In this document: positions 7,942-17,973 of the stretch, piece by piece
Numbering within the stretch: the first letter of the stretch is position 1
Layout: each line of letters opens with the position of its first letter
NCBI GenBank assembly: GCA_043757365.1
Contig: JAYVPN010000107.1
Span: forward strand, 73-64,072
Length of the DNA: 64,000 bases
Reading direction: 5' to 3'
Source: Gemmatimonadota bacterium
GTDB lineage: Bacteria; Gemmatimonadota; Gemmatimonadetes; Gemmatimonadales; Gemmatimonadaceae
Translations under genes and position numbers: made by a program
Notes under the pieces: generated by a model
What the model saw: the letters and a program-made list of their open reading frames with translations, nothing else
The model's database searches: none
What the model was told of the DNA's origin: nothing

Positions 7942-10900
7942 TTAGAGTGTAGTATGCTCAACGAGCGCGGCGTTATTTGCCGTCGCGATACTCGTGGCGT
8001 CGTTCGACGTCCACGCCGAGACTTCGCGCTCTTTGTACAGCGAGTAGATCGCCGGAATGACGAGCAGCGTGAGCACGGTACTGCTCACCATCCCGCCGAT
8101 CATTGGTGCGGCGATGCGCTTCATAACGCTGGCTCCTGTGCCAGTGGACCACAGAATTGGGAGCAGTCCGGCCATGATCGCCGTGACCGTCATCATCTTG
8201 GGACGAACGCGTTCGACTGCGCCTTCCATGATCGCTTCGTAGAGCGCTTGCCGGGTCGGTCGTTCACCTTGTGCGGTTCGCTCGTGCCACGCGTGATCGA
8301 GATAGATGAGCATTACGACGCCAGTCTCCGCAGCAACACCAGCGAGCGCGATGAATCCGATCGCCACCGCCACGGACCAATTGTAGCCGAGTAGCCAGAT
8401 GAACCAGAGGCCGCCGACGAGCGCGAAGGGTACCGACAACATCACGATGAGTGATTCCGCGACGCGCTTGAAGTTGAAGAAGAGCAACAGGAAAATGATC
8501 GCGAGCGTCGCGGGAATCACGAGGATCATGCGAGCCTTGGCACGCACCATGTACTCGTACTGACCGCTCCACACGAGACTGTAACCAGCCGGAAGCTTCA
8601 CCGACTTCGCGACCGTGGATTGTGCCTCGGTGACATAGCTGCCGATGTCGCGATCGACGACATCGACATAGACCCACGCCGTGGGTTGAGCGCCTTCGGT
8701 GCGGACGACCATCGGTCCAGCGACCGCCCGAATCGACGCGAGTTGTCCGAGCGGTACCTGCGCGGCCCGGTCGTTGCTTCCCGCTCCGCCGCTCGCGCCC
8801 ATACCACTGCTCGCGGCCGCTCCGCTCCCGGCATTCGCTACTGGCACTAGCACTTGCGCCAATCGCTCGGGCGTATCGCGAAGTTCAAGCGGGTATCGCA
8901 CACGAACGCCGTATCGTTCGCGTCCTTCGACGGTCTGCGTGATGACCATTCCGCCAATCGCCGTCGCAATCACCGCTTGCACATCCCCGACGTTGAGTCC
9001 GTAGCGCGCGATGGCGACGCGATCGATGTCGATGTCGAGGTAGTAGCCAGACTGCGCCCGTTCCGCGAACACGCTTCGTGTCCCGCGCACCGGCCGCACG
9101 ACCTGTTCGACCTCTTTACCAATGCGTTCGAGGATCGCGAGATCGGGTCCAAAAATCTTGATACCGACCGGTGTACGGATGCCCGTGGCGAGCATATCGA
9201 TACGCGCCTTGATCGGCATCGTCCACGCGTTCGTCACCCCGGGCAATCGCACGGCCGAATCCATGGCCGTCACGAGGCCGTCGTACGTCATCCCCGTACG
9301 CCAGGCCGACTCAGGCTTGAGGGTGATCGTCGTCTCGAACATGTCGAGTCCGGCCGGATCGGTCGCCGTGGTCGCACGTCCGGCCTTGCCCCACACGTGG
9401 TCGACTTCAGGAAATGATTTCAGAATGCGGTCCTGGGTCTGCAAAATTTCGCGCGCACGCGCCACGCTGACACCCGGCAGCGTACTCGGCATGTAGAGAA
9501 TCGTGCCCTCGTCCAGTCGTGGCATGAACTCGTTGCCGAGTTGCGACCACGGAATCCACGTGAGGATCAATGCCACCAGTGCCGTCGCGATCGCTCCCCA
9601 TCGATGACGCAGCACAAAGGTGATCATTGGCCGATAAACGCGAATGAGTGCGCGATTGAGTGGATTGGCCTGTTCGCGATACAGCCGTCCGCGAATGAAC
9701 AGCCCCATCGCCACCGGAACCAATGTGACCGACAGCAAACTGGCCGCCGCCATCGAAAACGTCTTCGTAAATGCCAGCGGCTTGAAGAGCCGCCCTTCCT
9801 GTCCCTCAAGCGTAAATACCGGCAGGAACGACACGGTGATGATGAGCAGCGAGAAGAACAGGGCCGGGCCGACTTCCTGCGCCGAGTCCACGACGACGCG
9901 CCATCGTTCTTGCGGCGTGAGGACTGCCGTGGAGAAGTGCGTCGCATTCGGCGCGACACCACCCTTCGCGACGACCGCGCGCTCGAGATGTTTGTGCATG
10001 TTCTCAATCATGACGATGGCCGCGTCGATCATCGCGCCGATTGCAATCGCGATGCCGCCGAGCGACATGATGTCCGCGCCAACAGGCACTCCGCGCATCG
10101 CGATGAAGGCCATCAGAATGCCGATCGGCAGCGTCAGGATCGCGACGAGCGCCGAACTCGCGTGGAGCAGGAACACGATGCAGACGAGTGCCACAATGAT
10201 GCTTTCTTCGATCAGCTTGCCGCGCAGCGTCTCGATCGCCCGCTCGATGAGACTGCTGCGGTCGTAGACCGGACGCAGCACGACGCCGGGCGGCAGGCCG
10301 GGCTGAATCTCCGCGAGTTTCGCCTTCACGGCACGAATCGTCGTGAGGGCGTTCTGGCCGAACCGCATCACGACAATTCCACCAACCGCATCACCGCGTC
10401 CGTCGTATTCGGCGATACCGCGTCTCACGGCGGGACCGACCGAAACGCGTCCCACCTCGGCGACGCGAATCGGCGTGCCCGAGGCCGTCGATGCCACGAC
10501 GACGTTTTCGATGTCGGCGAGATTCTTGATGTATCCGAGCCCTCGCACCATGTACTCGCGTTCCGAGAGCTCCATCACCATCGCGCCGACATCGGCATTG
10601 GACGCTTGGATGGCGGACATCACACGGGTCACGGGAATACGATAGGCGAGCAGCTTGGCCGGATCGAGATCCACTTGATACTGCTTCTCGTAGCCACCGA
10701 TTGTGGCGACTTCTGAGACGCCTGGCACTGCCGTCAGCGCGTAGCGAAGGTACCAGTCTTGCACGCTGCGCAGTTGGGCGAGCGACAGGCGTCCCGTCGT
10801 ATCCTCAAGTGCGTACTGATAGATCCACCCTAACCCGGTGGCGTCGGGACCGAGCGACGGAGTGACCGACGTCGGCAGTTTGCCCTTGATGCCGTTGAGA

Positions 10901-11238
10901 TATTCGAGCACGCGACTCCGTGCCCAGTACAGATCCGTTCCGTCTTCGAAAATGACATAGACGAACGACACGCCGAAGAACGAGTAACCGCGCACTGTCC
11001 GAGAGCCCGGCACCTTCAGCATCTCCGCCGCGATCGGGTAGGTCACTTGATCTTCGACGATTCGTGGCGCCTGTTCCGAATATTCGGCCTGCACGATCAC
11101 CTGCACGTCGCTCAAGTCCGGCAACGCTTCGAGCGGCGTTCGCCGCACGGCCCAAATACCGCCGGCGATCGCGGCGACCGTGAAGAGAAACACGATGAGC
11201 TTGTTCGAGATCGACCATGCAATGATGTGTTTTAGCAT
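7942..11238 (-). CDS. cusA: heavy-metal efflux RND pump, CusA type
   Basis: 1098 aa. N-terminus contains ALPDLSDVQVIVQAEY...VYVIFEDGTDLYWARSRVLEYLN, near-identical to the E. coli CusA signature. Confidence 0.92.
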   Translation of the reverse strand: MLKHIIAWSISNKLIVFLFTVAAIAGGIWAVRRTPLEALPDLSDVQVIVQAEYSEQAPRIVEDQVTYPIAAEMLKVPGSRTVRGYSFFGVSFVYVIFEDGTDLYWARSRVLEYLNGIKGKLPTSVTPSLGPDATGLGWIYQYALEDTTGRLSLAQLRSVQDWYLRYALTAVPGVSEVATIGGYEKQYQVDLDPAKLLAYRIPVTRVMSAIQASNADVGAMVMELSEREYMVRGLGYIKNLADIENVVVASTASGTPIRVAEVGRVSVGPAVRRGIAEYDGRGDAVGGIVVMRFGQNALTTIRAVKAKLAEIQPGLPPGVVLRPVYDRSSLIERAIETLRGKLIEESIIVALVCIVFLLHASSALVAILTLPIGILMAFIAMRGVPVGADIMSLGGIAIAIGAMIDAAIVMIENMHKHLERAVVAKGGVAPNATHFSTAVLTPQERWRVVVDSAQEVGPALFFSLLIITVSFLPVFTLEGQEGRLFKPLAFTKTFSMAAASLLSVTLVPVAMGLFIRGRLYREQANPLNRALIRVYRPMITFVLRHRWGAIATALVALILTWIPWSQLGNEFMPRLDEGTILYMPSTLPGVSVARAREILQTQDRILKSFPEVDHVWGKAGRATTATDPAGLDMFETTITLKPESAWRTGMTYDGLVTAMDSAVRLPGVTNAWTMPIKARIDMLATGIRTPVGIKIFGPDLAILERIGKEVEQVVRPVRGTRSVFAERAQSGYYLDIDIDRVAIARYGLNVGDVQAVIATAIGGMVITQTVEGRERYGVRVRYPLELRDTPERLAQVLVPVANAGSGAAASSGMGASGGAGSNDRAAQVPLGQLASIRAVAGPMVVRTEGAQPTAWVYVDVVDRDIGSYVTEAQSTVAKSVKLPAGYSLVWSGQYEYMVRAKARMILVIPATLAIIFLLLFFNFKRVAESLIVMLSVPFALVGGLWFIWLLGYNWSVAVAIGFIALAGVAAETGVVMLIYLDHAWHERTAQGERPTRQALYEAIMEGAVERVRPKMMTVTAIMAGLLPILWSTGTGASVMKRIAAPMIGGMVSSTVLTLLVIPAIYSLYKEREVSAWTSNDATSIATANNAALVEHTTL

Positions 11239-11245
11239 GGCGGTT

Positions 11246-12631
11246 TCACGGTTTCCGTGAGGGAACGGTCATTCCCGGCATGTTCGTCATTGGATCCGGC
11301 TTCGCACCAGGCGTCGGAGCCGTCGGACTGACGGTGCTCGACGGCGACGGCGCTTTTGGCGCCGTTCCGCCTTTCTTTGGTGACGCCGCGTCCATGCCAG
11401 GCATGTTCCCCATGCCACCGATTGCCGAGCCGAGATTTGACTCGGCGTCAACGAGGAATGTTGCCGAGGCGACGACCGTCTCGCCTTCGGTCAGGCCGCG
11501 AAGAATCTCGATGCGCTCATCGGTGGCCTGACCAAGTACGACCGAACGCGCGGTGAGCGTTCCGTCAGTCCCTTTTACGAACACGAGGGTCCGCTCGCCC
11601 GTCACGAGCACGGCGGACCGCGGCACCTGCAGGACCGCGGCACGCGCCGTGGCCGCAATGCGAATCGTCGCGTACATGCCCGGCTTAAGTGCGAGATCGG
11701 AATTCTGGAGCGCGACGCGGATTTTCACGGTCCGTGTGTCGGTCGACAGAATCGGCGCGACGAAGACGATCCGCCCTTGGCGGGGACGCCCTGGCATGGC
11801 CGCGAAGTCGACCACGACATTGAGGCCGACGCGTACCATCGGAAGATCGCGCTCGAACACTTCACCCTCGACCCATACCTCGCGAAGATCGGCAACTTGA
11901 TAGACGGCATCGCCCGCCATGATGCGTTGGCCGCCGAGCACATTTTTCTGAATAACGACCCCATACACCGGCGAGCGCAGCGTGAGGGTTTTCGTGACTT
12001 CGCCGGTGCGTTCGATGCGCGCGATGTCTTCTTCCGGAATGTCCCAGTTGCGGAGGCGGCGACGTGCCGAGCTGAGCAAGGACTCCGCGTCGCGCGCAGC
12101 ATCGCGCGTCGCGTCGCCGACATTTGTGCTGGCTCGACTGACGTCAACAGAAAGCTTCTTTGCGAGAAGCAGTTCTTCCTGCGCGGTGACGAGCATCGGC
12201 GAGTAGATGCGCAGGAGCGGCGCACCGGCAGCAACCGACTGTCCGGTGAATGCGACGAAGAGTTGTTCGACATAGCCATCGAATTTTGGTGCGATCGTCG
12301 TGACGCGTGTTTCATCGGACGTGACCAAGCCAACCGAGCGAATCTCTCCCCCGAGCGCCGCACGTTCAGCGGTGGCGTAGGTGACGCCGATGCGTGCCGC
12401 GTCGGAGGGCGTCAACATCACCGGCGACCGCGATGAATCGGTCGCGCTCGCAGAATGCGGCGTCGCGGGTGCAGTCGGGCGACGCGTGAACCACCATGTC
12501 GCGAGCACGGCCAGCACGACCGCGAGCCCGATGATTGTCCATCGGAGTATGCGGCCGGTTGACGATGGTGGTGCCGGGTCAAACGGTGACGCGCCGGAAT
12601 CCGCGGGCGGTCGCGAAGTATCCTGAATCAT
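11246..12631 (-). CDS. cusB: RND periplasmic adaptor (CusB/CzcB family)
   Basis: TM anchor plus typical MFP lipoyl and beta-barrel segments. 4-nt overlap with the upstream outer-membrane factor gene and 7-nt gap to cusA. C-terminal Met/Pro-rich tail (GMGNMPGMDA...MTNMPGM). Confidence 0.85.
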   Translation of the reverse strand: MIQDTSRPPADSGASPFDPAPPSSTGRILRWTIIGLAVVLAVLATWWFTRRPTAPATPHSASATDSSRSPVMLTPSDAARIGVTYATAERAALGGEIRSVGLVTSDETRVTTIAPKFDGYVEQLFVAFTGQSVAAGAPLLRIYSPMLVTAQEELLLAKKLSVDVSRASTNVGDATRDAARDAESLLSSARRRLRNWDIPEEDIARIERTGEVTKTLTLRSPVYGVVIQKNVLGGQRIMAGDAVYQVADLREVWVEGEVFERDLPMVRVGLNVVVDFAAMPGRPRQGRIVFVAPILSTDTRTVKIRVALQNSDLALKPGMYATIRIAATARAAVLQVPRSAVLVTGERTLVFVKGTDGTLTARSVVLGQATDERIEILRGLTEGETVVASATFLVDAESNLGSAIGGMGNMPGMDAASPKKGGTAPKAPSPSSTVSPTAPTPGAKPDPMTNMPGMTVPSRKP

Positions 12632-14019
12632 TTGGGCGGTTCTCCTGCCGGACGCACCGGCTGGGCGGTATACGAATCGATGAGCACGCGACCGGTGAGC
12701 ATTTCGAGTTCAGCCCAGGCTTTGCCTTCATCGCTCTCGAGTGTGAACAGTTCCTGGCGATAGCGATTCAAAGTCATTTGCGCGTCGAGGAGGGTCATAA
12801 ATGGCACGGCGCTCACGCGGTAGGCAGCGCGTGACGAGGTTACGCTGGCTTCAGCTTGCGGCAGCACCGACGTGCGGTAGAGGTCCGCGAGTCGACGCGC
12901 CCGAAGGACGTTCGCGTAGGATTCGGCCACGGCGCCGCGCGTCTCGGTGCGCATGGATGCAAGGTCGGCCGCCGCCATGGCGCGCATGGCGTTGGCTTCG
13001 TCACGCATCTGGAGTTGCCGGCTCTTCGCGAAGATCGGGAGTGCCGCACCGATCATCAGACTTCCCATGCGTTGCGGTCCCATGAGGCCGCGCTGTTGAC
13101 CGTACTGCACGCCGAGTTGCAGATCGGGCCATATCTCGCGTCGCGCGAGCTCGACACTCGCATTGGCGACCTCGACGTCCTGCGCGCCCGCGAGTAGGAC
13201 CGGGCGATTCCGTTCGGCGAGTCCGGTGAGCGAATCGAGCGTCGACGGCGACACCGGGAATATTGGAAGCTGAGGTGCGCCGACGGGGGCGTCCGCTGGA
13301 AGGACCAGCAGTGCGTTGAGTCGTGCCTGCATCGTCGTCCGCATGGTCTGCATGCGGACGATTTCCTCTTGCATGCGTGCCAGTTCGACGTTGGCGCGGA
13401 GGACGTCGGCTTGACGTCCCTCGCCCACCTGATACATCCGGTCGGCGATGACCGCGATATCCTGGAGCAACCGACGTGTTTCCATCGCGACGCGCAAGGC
13501 ACCATCGACCGCGTAGAGATCGTAGAACGACATCGCAGTCCGCACGTGAAGATCCAGCCCGGCATCGGCGATGCGGGTCGATGCGGCGTCCGCCCGAGCG
13601 GTTGCGACAGCGCCGGCGAGGCGGAGCTTTCCGGCCACCGGCACCATCTGCATCAGCTGGAGTTGCGTCATCCCGATCGTCTCCATCGGGCGCAGTGACG
13701 GCAGCTCGTAGTTCATGAATCCAAACTGCAGCTGCGGATCCGGTGGACGTGTGACGCCGGGAACGCGTGCACGAGCTGCACGGGCGAGCGCTCGTGCGGC
13801 GTCGAGGCGCGGATTGCTGCGCGCGACGGCATCGAGAACGGTGCCGAGCAACACCGGCGCACGCCGCCCGTCGTCAGCCTGTGCGACGAGGCGCTGCCAC
13901 GGTGCGCACGCCGCGAGCATCGCGACGGCAATGAGCATGTGTGCAGCGAGGCGCGAGAGGCGCACTCGTGCACGGAGTGAGGCAACTGTCACGAACGGTC
14001 CTCCACAAGAACTGGTCAA
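12628..14019 (-). CDS. TolC-family outer membrane factor (CusC/CzcC-like)
   Basis: Two-repeat OEP-like sequence of about 460 aa. Operon position ahead of the adaptor and RND pump. Confidence 0.8.
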   Translation of the reverse strand: MTSSCGGPFVTVASLRARVRLSRLAAHMLIAVAMLAACAPWQRLVAQADDGRRAPVLLGTVLDAVARSNPRLDAARALARAARARVPGVTRPPDPQLQFGFMNYELPSLRPMETIGMTQLQLMQMVPVAGKLRLAGAVATARADAASTRIADAGLDLHVRTAMSFYDLYAVDGALRVAMETRRLLQDIAVIADRMYQVGEGRQADVLRANVELARMQEEIVRMQTMRTTMQARLNALLVLPADAPVGAPQLPIFPVSPSTLDSLTGLAERNRPVLLAGAQDVEVANASVELARREIWPDLQLGVQYGQQRGLMGPQRMGSLMIGAALPIFAKSRQLQMRDEANAMRAMAAADLASMRTETRGAVAESYANVLRARRLADLYRTSVLPQAEASVTSSRAAYRVSAVPFMTLLDAQMTLNRYRQELFTLESDEGKAWAELEMLTGRVLIDSYTAQPVRPAGEPPK

Positions 14020-14099
14020 GGATCACCCACGGCGCATGGGTGTCGCTCGCGCAAGCGCGCGGCGAACAGCGCGGCTGTTAGGCCGCGTCGAGACTCAGT

Positions 14100-14501
14100 T
14101 CAGGCGCGTGGTGGAGGAACGTCAGGCGCGACGTCGGAGGCGGAGGCCAGCGCCGCTGGGAACGCGAACGCACGCGTCGACACGGAACGTGTGGCATCGG
14201 TGATCACGGTGACGCCGAGAGGGAGGACGGCACACGTCGTGCAACTGCCTGCCATGTTGATGTGATCGCAGTTAGTTCGGTGCGCGGGCGCACCTGCTGG
14301 CGGAGCGTCGTCCGGCATACCCATGTGGTTACGCACCGTCGATGCAGAGCCGGCCGCGGATCCGATGCCAGCGATCGGCATACATCCGTACACCTCGGGT
14401 ACGGATAGCTGACGACCGACAAGTACCAGCAACAACACGCTGACGACGCGTCGAAGCGCGCGGCGGATGTCACGAGGCACAGTTGGTTCGGTCCGGTGCA
14501 T
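14100..14501 (-). CDS. small TM-anchored Cys/His/Met-containing hypothetical protein
   Basis: Internal start MHRTEP at 14501, followed by a TM helix. Potential ligand clusters GCMP, HMGMP and HRTNCDHINMAGSCTTC. No family recognised. Confidence 0.4.
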   Translation of the reverse strand: MHRTEPTVPRDIRRALRRVVSVLLLVLVGRQLSVPEVYGCMPIAGIGSAAGSASTVRNHMGMPDDAPPAGAPAHRTNCDHINMAGSCTTCAVLPLGVTVITDATRSVSTRAFAFPAALASASDVAPDVPPPRA

Positions 14502-14747
14502 GCAGCAGTATCCCGAAGAGTAGTGTCTGAAAGGTACGCGAAAAGTCGATTCGCAGAAGTCAGGGGGAAGGGCCGGGTGTCGTAAGGCTTTGCCCCACAC
14601 CCACGCGTCGACGTTCGAGGGCCATGGCGATGGCGAGTGCCTATGCCGCAGAATCTCAACGGTATTATCCGTACGAGCGTCCAGAGTTCCAATCGCTCGA
14701 ACGAGCGAGATGCGCACTACTCCTACCACACCGGCCGTCGCCGCGCG

Positions 14748-16160
14748 CTACTTCGAGACGGCCTGCGTCGCCGACATCGATGGCGTCGACATCGACTCCA
14801 TGGGCATCGGTGTCGCAACCAATACGGCGGTGATGCCGAGCACGACGATCGCCGCGACCAACTCGACGCCGGCGGAAAGACGCAAACGCGCGGTGGCCGG
14901 CGCCGTACCGAGCACCGGCAAGACGCGACGCCAATTGTAGGCGCCTGTTCCGGCGACGACGGAGAGCACGGTCAGTTTCAGCGCTAGCAGTTGACCATAG
15001 GCACTGTGGAGCAACGCCGTCCAACTGCCGATGTTCCGCCAGCCGGCGATGACACCTGTCACGGTCAGCAAAGCTGCGAACACCAACGCGAGGACGCTGA
15101 ACTCCGAGACGACGGCAGCGACGACTTGATGGCGTCGTTCGTCGCTGACGACGATCGATGCGGGAATGGCCGCTACCATTAACGCGGCGAGGCTTCCGAC
15201 CCATCCACCGGCGCTCAGCACATGCAATGCGTCGACCGCGAGCGCGAGCGCGCGATTGGCGGCGGCCGCCGGGTGGCCGGAAAACGAAAGCGTTCCAACG
15301 AGCGCGAGTGTCGCGGCCCCGTACATCCACCATCCTGACGTCCGGCCCGCGACGAGACGTCGCACGCCCCAAAGCCCGATCACCGTACCGACCACGGCAA
15401 CGATCCACACGCGTCCCCAGAGTGATTGAAACAGGAGGGCGCCGGTGGTCTCCGTACCCCACCGAGCATCGGCACCAAAGAGCGCTACGTGCTGGGCCGC
15501 GAGACGCGCGATGGTGGCGAGGCCGAACGCCCAGAGCGCACCGCCCGCCCACGGCTCGGACCGGCGGCGCGCTTCCGCGTAGTACGCCGCTTCCCCGCGC
15601 CCGGCTTTCGCCAGGCGGGGGAGGACGGCGACGTGCAGCGTGAGCACGCCGATCAGTAGCACGACGCTAATGAACTGCACCGCACGAATCGTGACGTACG
15701 CTGGCGACGACGCATCGAACATCGGGGTTTCGACGGAACCGACGGCGACAGATGCTGCGGGGCTCGCGTCGATGGTGAAGGCGTATGTTCCGTTGACCGG
15801 ATGCCCATCGTCCCCGGCGATCTTCCAGCGCACCGTGTACCGGCCGGGGGCCATTTTTCCTATGATCGTGGCACTGAGCGTTTTTCCATCCTTGGGATCC
15901 GCGGCGACTGCGCCGAGCGAAACCGGTTGCATCGCCGCATCGAAGAGCGTGATGCGACTCAGTGCCGGCGTCGGGGCTTCACTAAATGAAAGTCGCAGCA
16001 GCGTCGGGATCGATGTGATGCGCCCGTCGACGGCGGGCTCAGCCTTGACGAGATGGCCATGCGCGCGTGCCGCCTCTAATGGCGCGGCGAGCGCGAGGAG
16101 CAGGACGAGCCAACGCGCGCGCGTCGCGCGCGCGACCCTACGGAAGAGCGGTGGAGACAT
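14748..16160 (-). CDS. CopC-CopD fusion copper resistance protein
   Basis: Signal peptide, then HGHLVKAEPAVDG...YTVRWKIAGDDGHPVNGTYAFT (CopC fold), then about 8 TM helices (CopD). The true start is the ATG at 16160, not the tracked 16880. Confidence 0.8.
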   Translation of the reverse strand: MSPPLFRRVARATRARWLVLLLALAAPLEAARAHGHLVKAEPAVDGRITSIPTLLRLSFSEAPTPALSRITLFDAAMQPVSLGAVAADPKDGKTLSATIIGKMAPGRYTVRWKIAGDDGHPVNGTYAFTIDASPAASVAVGSVETPMFDASSPAYVTIRAVQFISVVLLIGVLTLHVAVLPRLAKAGRGEAAYYAEARRRSEPWAGGALWAFGLATIARLAAQHVALFGADARWGTETTGALLFQSLWGRVWIVAVVGTVIGLWGVRRLVAGRTSGWWMYGAATLALVGTLSFSGHPAAAANRALALAVDALHVLSAGGWVGSLAALMVAAIPASIVVSDERRHQVVAAVVSEFSVLALVFAALLTVTGVIAGWRNIGSWTALLHSAYGQLLALKLTVLSVVAGTGAYNWRRVLPVLGTAPATARLRLSAGVELVAAIVVLGITAVLVATPMPMESMSTPSMSATQAVSK

Positions 16161-16338
16161 TGCAAACTCCTTGTCGAAGTTCGGCGAACCGCGCCGAGCG
16201 GGTTTTACGCACAGTAAAATACACCGATGCAGACGTAATGTCACTTGGGTTCGGTCGACGCGTGTGACTTTGGCCGCGGCCCGGCGGGATGGTACGATCG
16301 ATGGGCACGTTGGCCGGCGATGCCGCAGGACATGGTGA

Positions 16339-17406
16339 TTACGCTCCGGTGATGGGGGGGGAATCGGTATGACTTTCGTGTGGACAGCGCGCTGACTCCA
16401 CATCGTCCCCGCGACAGAGCAGGTGGGCGAACGCCGATATGGAACGGTGGGTGCAGTGCGAACTGAGAACGCGGCCATCCGCCGCGCGCGGCAGCGGATG
16501 CAGGACGATGATCCCGGACGCCCAAACCACAACCAACGCGGCCGCCGCACCCGAGAGCGTCCGCCACGATACGTGCGTGCCGACGACCGCGTCCTCGCCC
16601 GCCAATCGGCGGATTCGCCGTTCGAGCAAGTCTGCCGACTGGAACCCGACGGAAGGCTCCCGCACCACGGCGTGTGGCGCACGCGACACCATCTGGAGCA
16701 TCGCGGACGCGAGCGGCAACGCGTGCGTCCGCGCTGCCGCATCGTCCGCCGAGATCTCGGCTTCGTCGGCCCAGTCTTCGGTGAGACGGCGCAAAACTGG
16801 AAGCCAGAAGAGCACGCCAGCGAAGAATCGCAGCACGAAAAGTCGTAACGGGTCACGGCGAATGACGTGCGCACGTTCATGTGCGAGCACGGCTTCCAGT
16901 TCGGACTCCGTCAACTGGTCCGCCAACTCGGCCGCAACGTAGACTCGCGGATGAAACCATCCCGTCGTAAAGGCCGGATTCGGTAGCCCGACGACGATCC
17001 GCGTCTGATGTATCGAGAGTCCTACGCGCTGCGCCGCGCGCGCGATCGGCTCGTTCGGAGCGGGCCGACGACTCGTGAGGAGCGCGAGCATCTGTCGCTG
17101 CCTCCAGGCGGCGCGTGCGCGATCGAACGTGGCGTATGCGACGCCCGAATACAGCAACACATGTGCGATATCGTGTACCGGCGCCAGCAGTTCGTGCAGC
17201 GTCACGATACAGAATATTCCCACGTGCTCGATGTCACTCGGCAACCATGCGACCGCGCCGATCAGATGATGACCAACGACGGGACTGATACTCAAAAGAA
17301 TAAGGGACGCGAGCCCGAGCAGCACCCAGCGACGATGCCGCTGCTCGCGCGCGGCGAGCGGGCCCGATATCGGAGCTGCATCGTCGGCCATCGACTCAGC
17401 GGTCAC
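16339..17406 (-). CDS. M56-family (BlaR1/MecR1-like) membrane metalloprotease lacking a PBP sensor, with a Cys/His-rich tail
   Basis: HExxH in AVLAHERAHVIRRDPLRLF. Multiple TM helices. The last ~50 aa read HCTHRSISAFAHLLCRGDDVESARCPHESH. Overlaps the repressor gene by 11 nt. Confidence 0.8.
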   Translation of the reverse strand: MTAESMADDAAPISGPLAAREQRHRRWVLLGLASLILLSISPVVGHHLIGAVAWLPSDIEHVGIFCIVTLHELLAPVHDIAHVLLYSGVAYATFDRARAAWRQRQMLALLTSRRPAPNEPIARAAQRVGLSIHQTRIVVGLPNPAFTTGWFHPRVYVAAELADQLTESELEAVLAHERAHVIRRDPLRLFVLRFFAGVLFWLPVLRRLTEDWADEAEISADDAAARTHALPLASAMLQMVSRAPHAVVREPSVGFQSADLLERRIRRLAGEDAVVGTHVSWRTLSGAAAALVVVWASGIIVLHPLPRAADGRVLSSHCTHRSISAFAHLLCRGDDVESARCPHESHTDSPPITGA

Positions 17407-17869
17407 GACGCGCGTCGCGCAGACGCCGGCGAATCAGTCGTCCCAGTTCCTCAAGTTTCTCCGGGTCACGTTCGGCCAACACGTCGACGAACGAAGCCGC
17501 TACCGCGTCCGGACCGAAGGAGAGTATTCCTTCGACGACGCGGCGGGACGCGTGCGCCATGAACTCCGTCTCGACCATACGCGCGGCGTACAAGTACAGT
17601 TCCTCAGGCCGCGTGCGTTCCAATACCCGTTTAGCCACCAGCTTATTCAGCACGGTAATCGTGGTGAGCGGTGAGACCGAGTGCGTACGAACGACCCGCG
17701 CGTGCACATCACGTGCGGTAGACGGGTGTCCGAGCGCCCAGACCGCCTGCAACACCCGCGCCTCGAGGTCGCCCAGCACCTTGGCAAGTCCATCGGCGGA
17801 AAGTCGCACGGTGTCCTGGAGCTTTGGTTTCGGAGGTTTTCGGCCGGTGGAACGCGTGGGCTTGCTCAT
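17396..17869 (-). CDS. BlaI/MecI/CopY-family transcriptional repressor
   Basis: Winged-helix segment LGDLEARVLQAVWALGHPSTARDVHARV...TITVLNKLVAKRVLER. Lacks the C-terminal CxCxxxxCxC motif of CopY. Start taken at the ATG at 17869. Confidence 0.8.
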   Translation of the reverse strand: MSKPTRSTGRKPPKPKLQDTVRLSADGLAKVLGDLEARVLQAVWALGHPSTARDVHARVVRTHSVSPLTTITVLNKLVAKRVLERTRPEELYLYAARMVETEFMAHASRRVVEGILSFGPDAVAASFVDVLAERDPEKLEELGRLIRRRLRDARRDR

Positions 17870-17933
17870 TGGTCTCCGAATCGGTTGGATTGCACGGGGG
17901 GTGCTCACGCGCATTCCCCAACATACCTCTCGT

Positions 17934-17948
17934 TTTACGGTTCGTAAA
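17934..17948. promoter_or_regulatory. 6-3-6 palindrome TTTACG-GTT-CGTAAA, candidate BlaI-type operator
   Basis: Perfect inverted repeat in the 104-nt divergent intergenic region upstream of the repressor gene. Confidence 0.35.
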
Positions 17949-17973
17949 GCGCGAAGTGCCTGCCGCGGCGCCA

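Noticed and set aside
16161-16880. N-terminal 240-aa extension of the tracked 710-aa ORF (14748..16880)
   Set aside because: The extension is Arg/Ser/Cys-rich and overlaps the M56 protease gene in another frame. A signal peptide and the CopC domain start exactly at the ATG at 16160.
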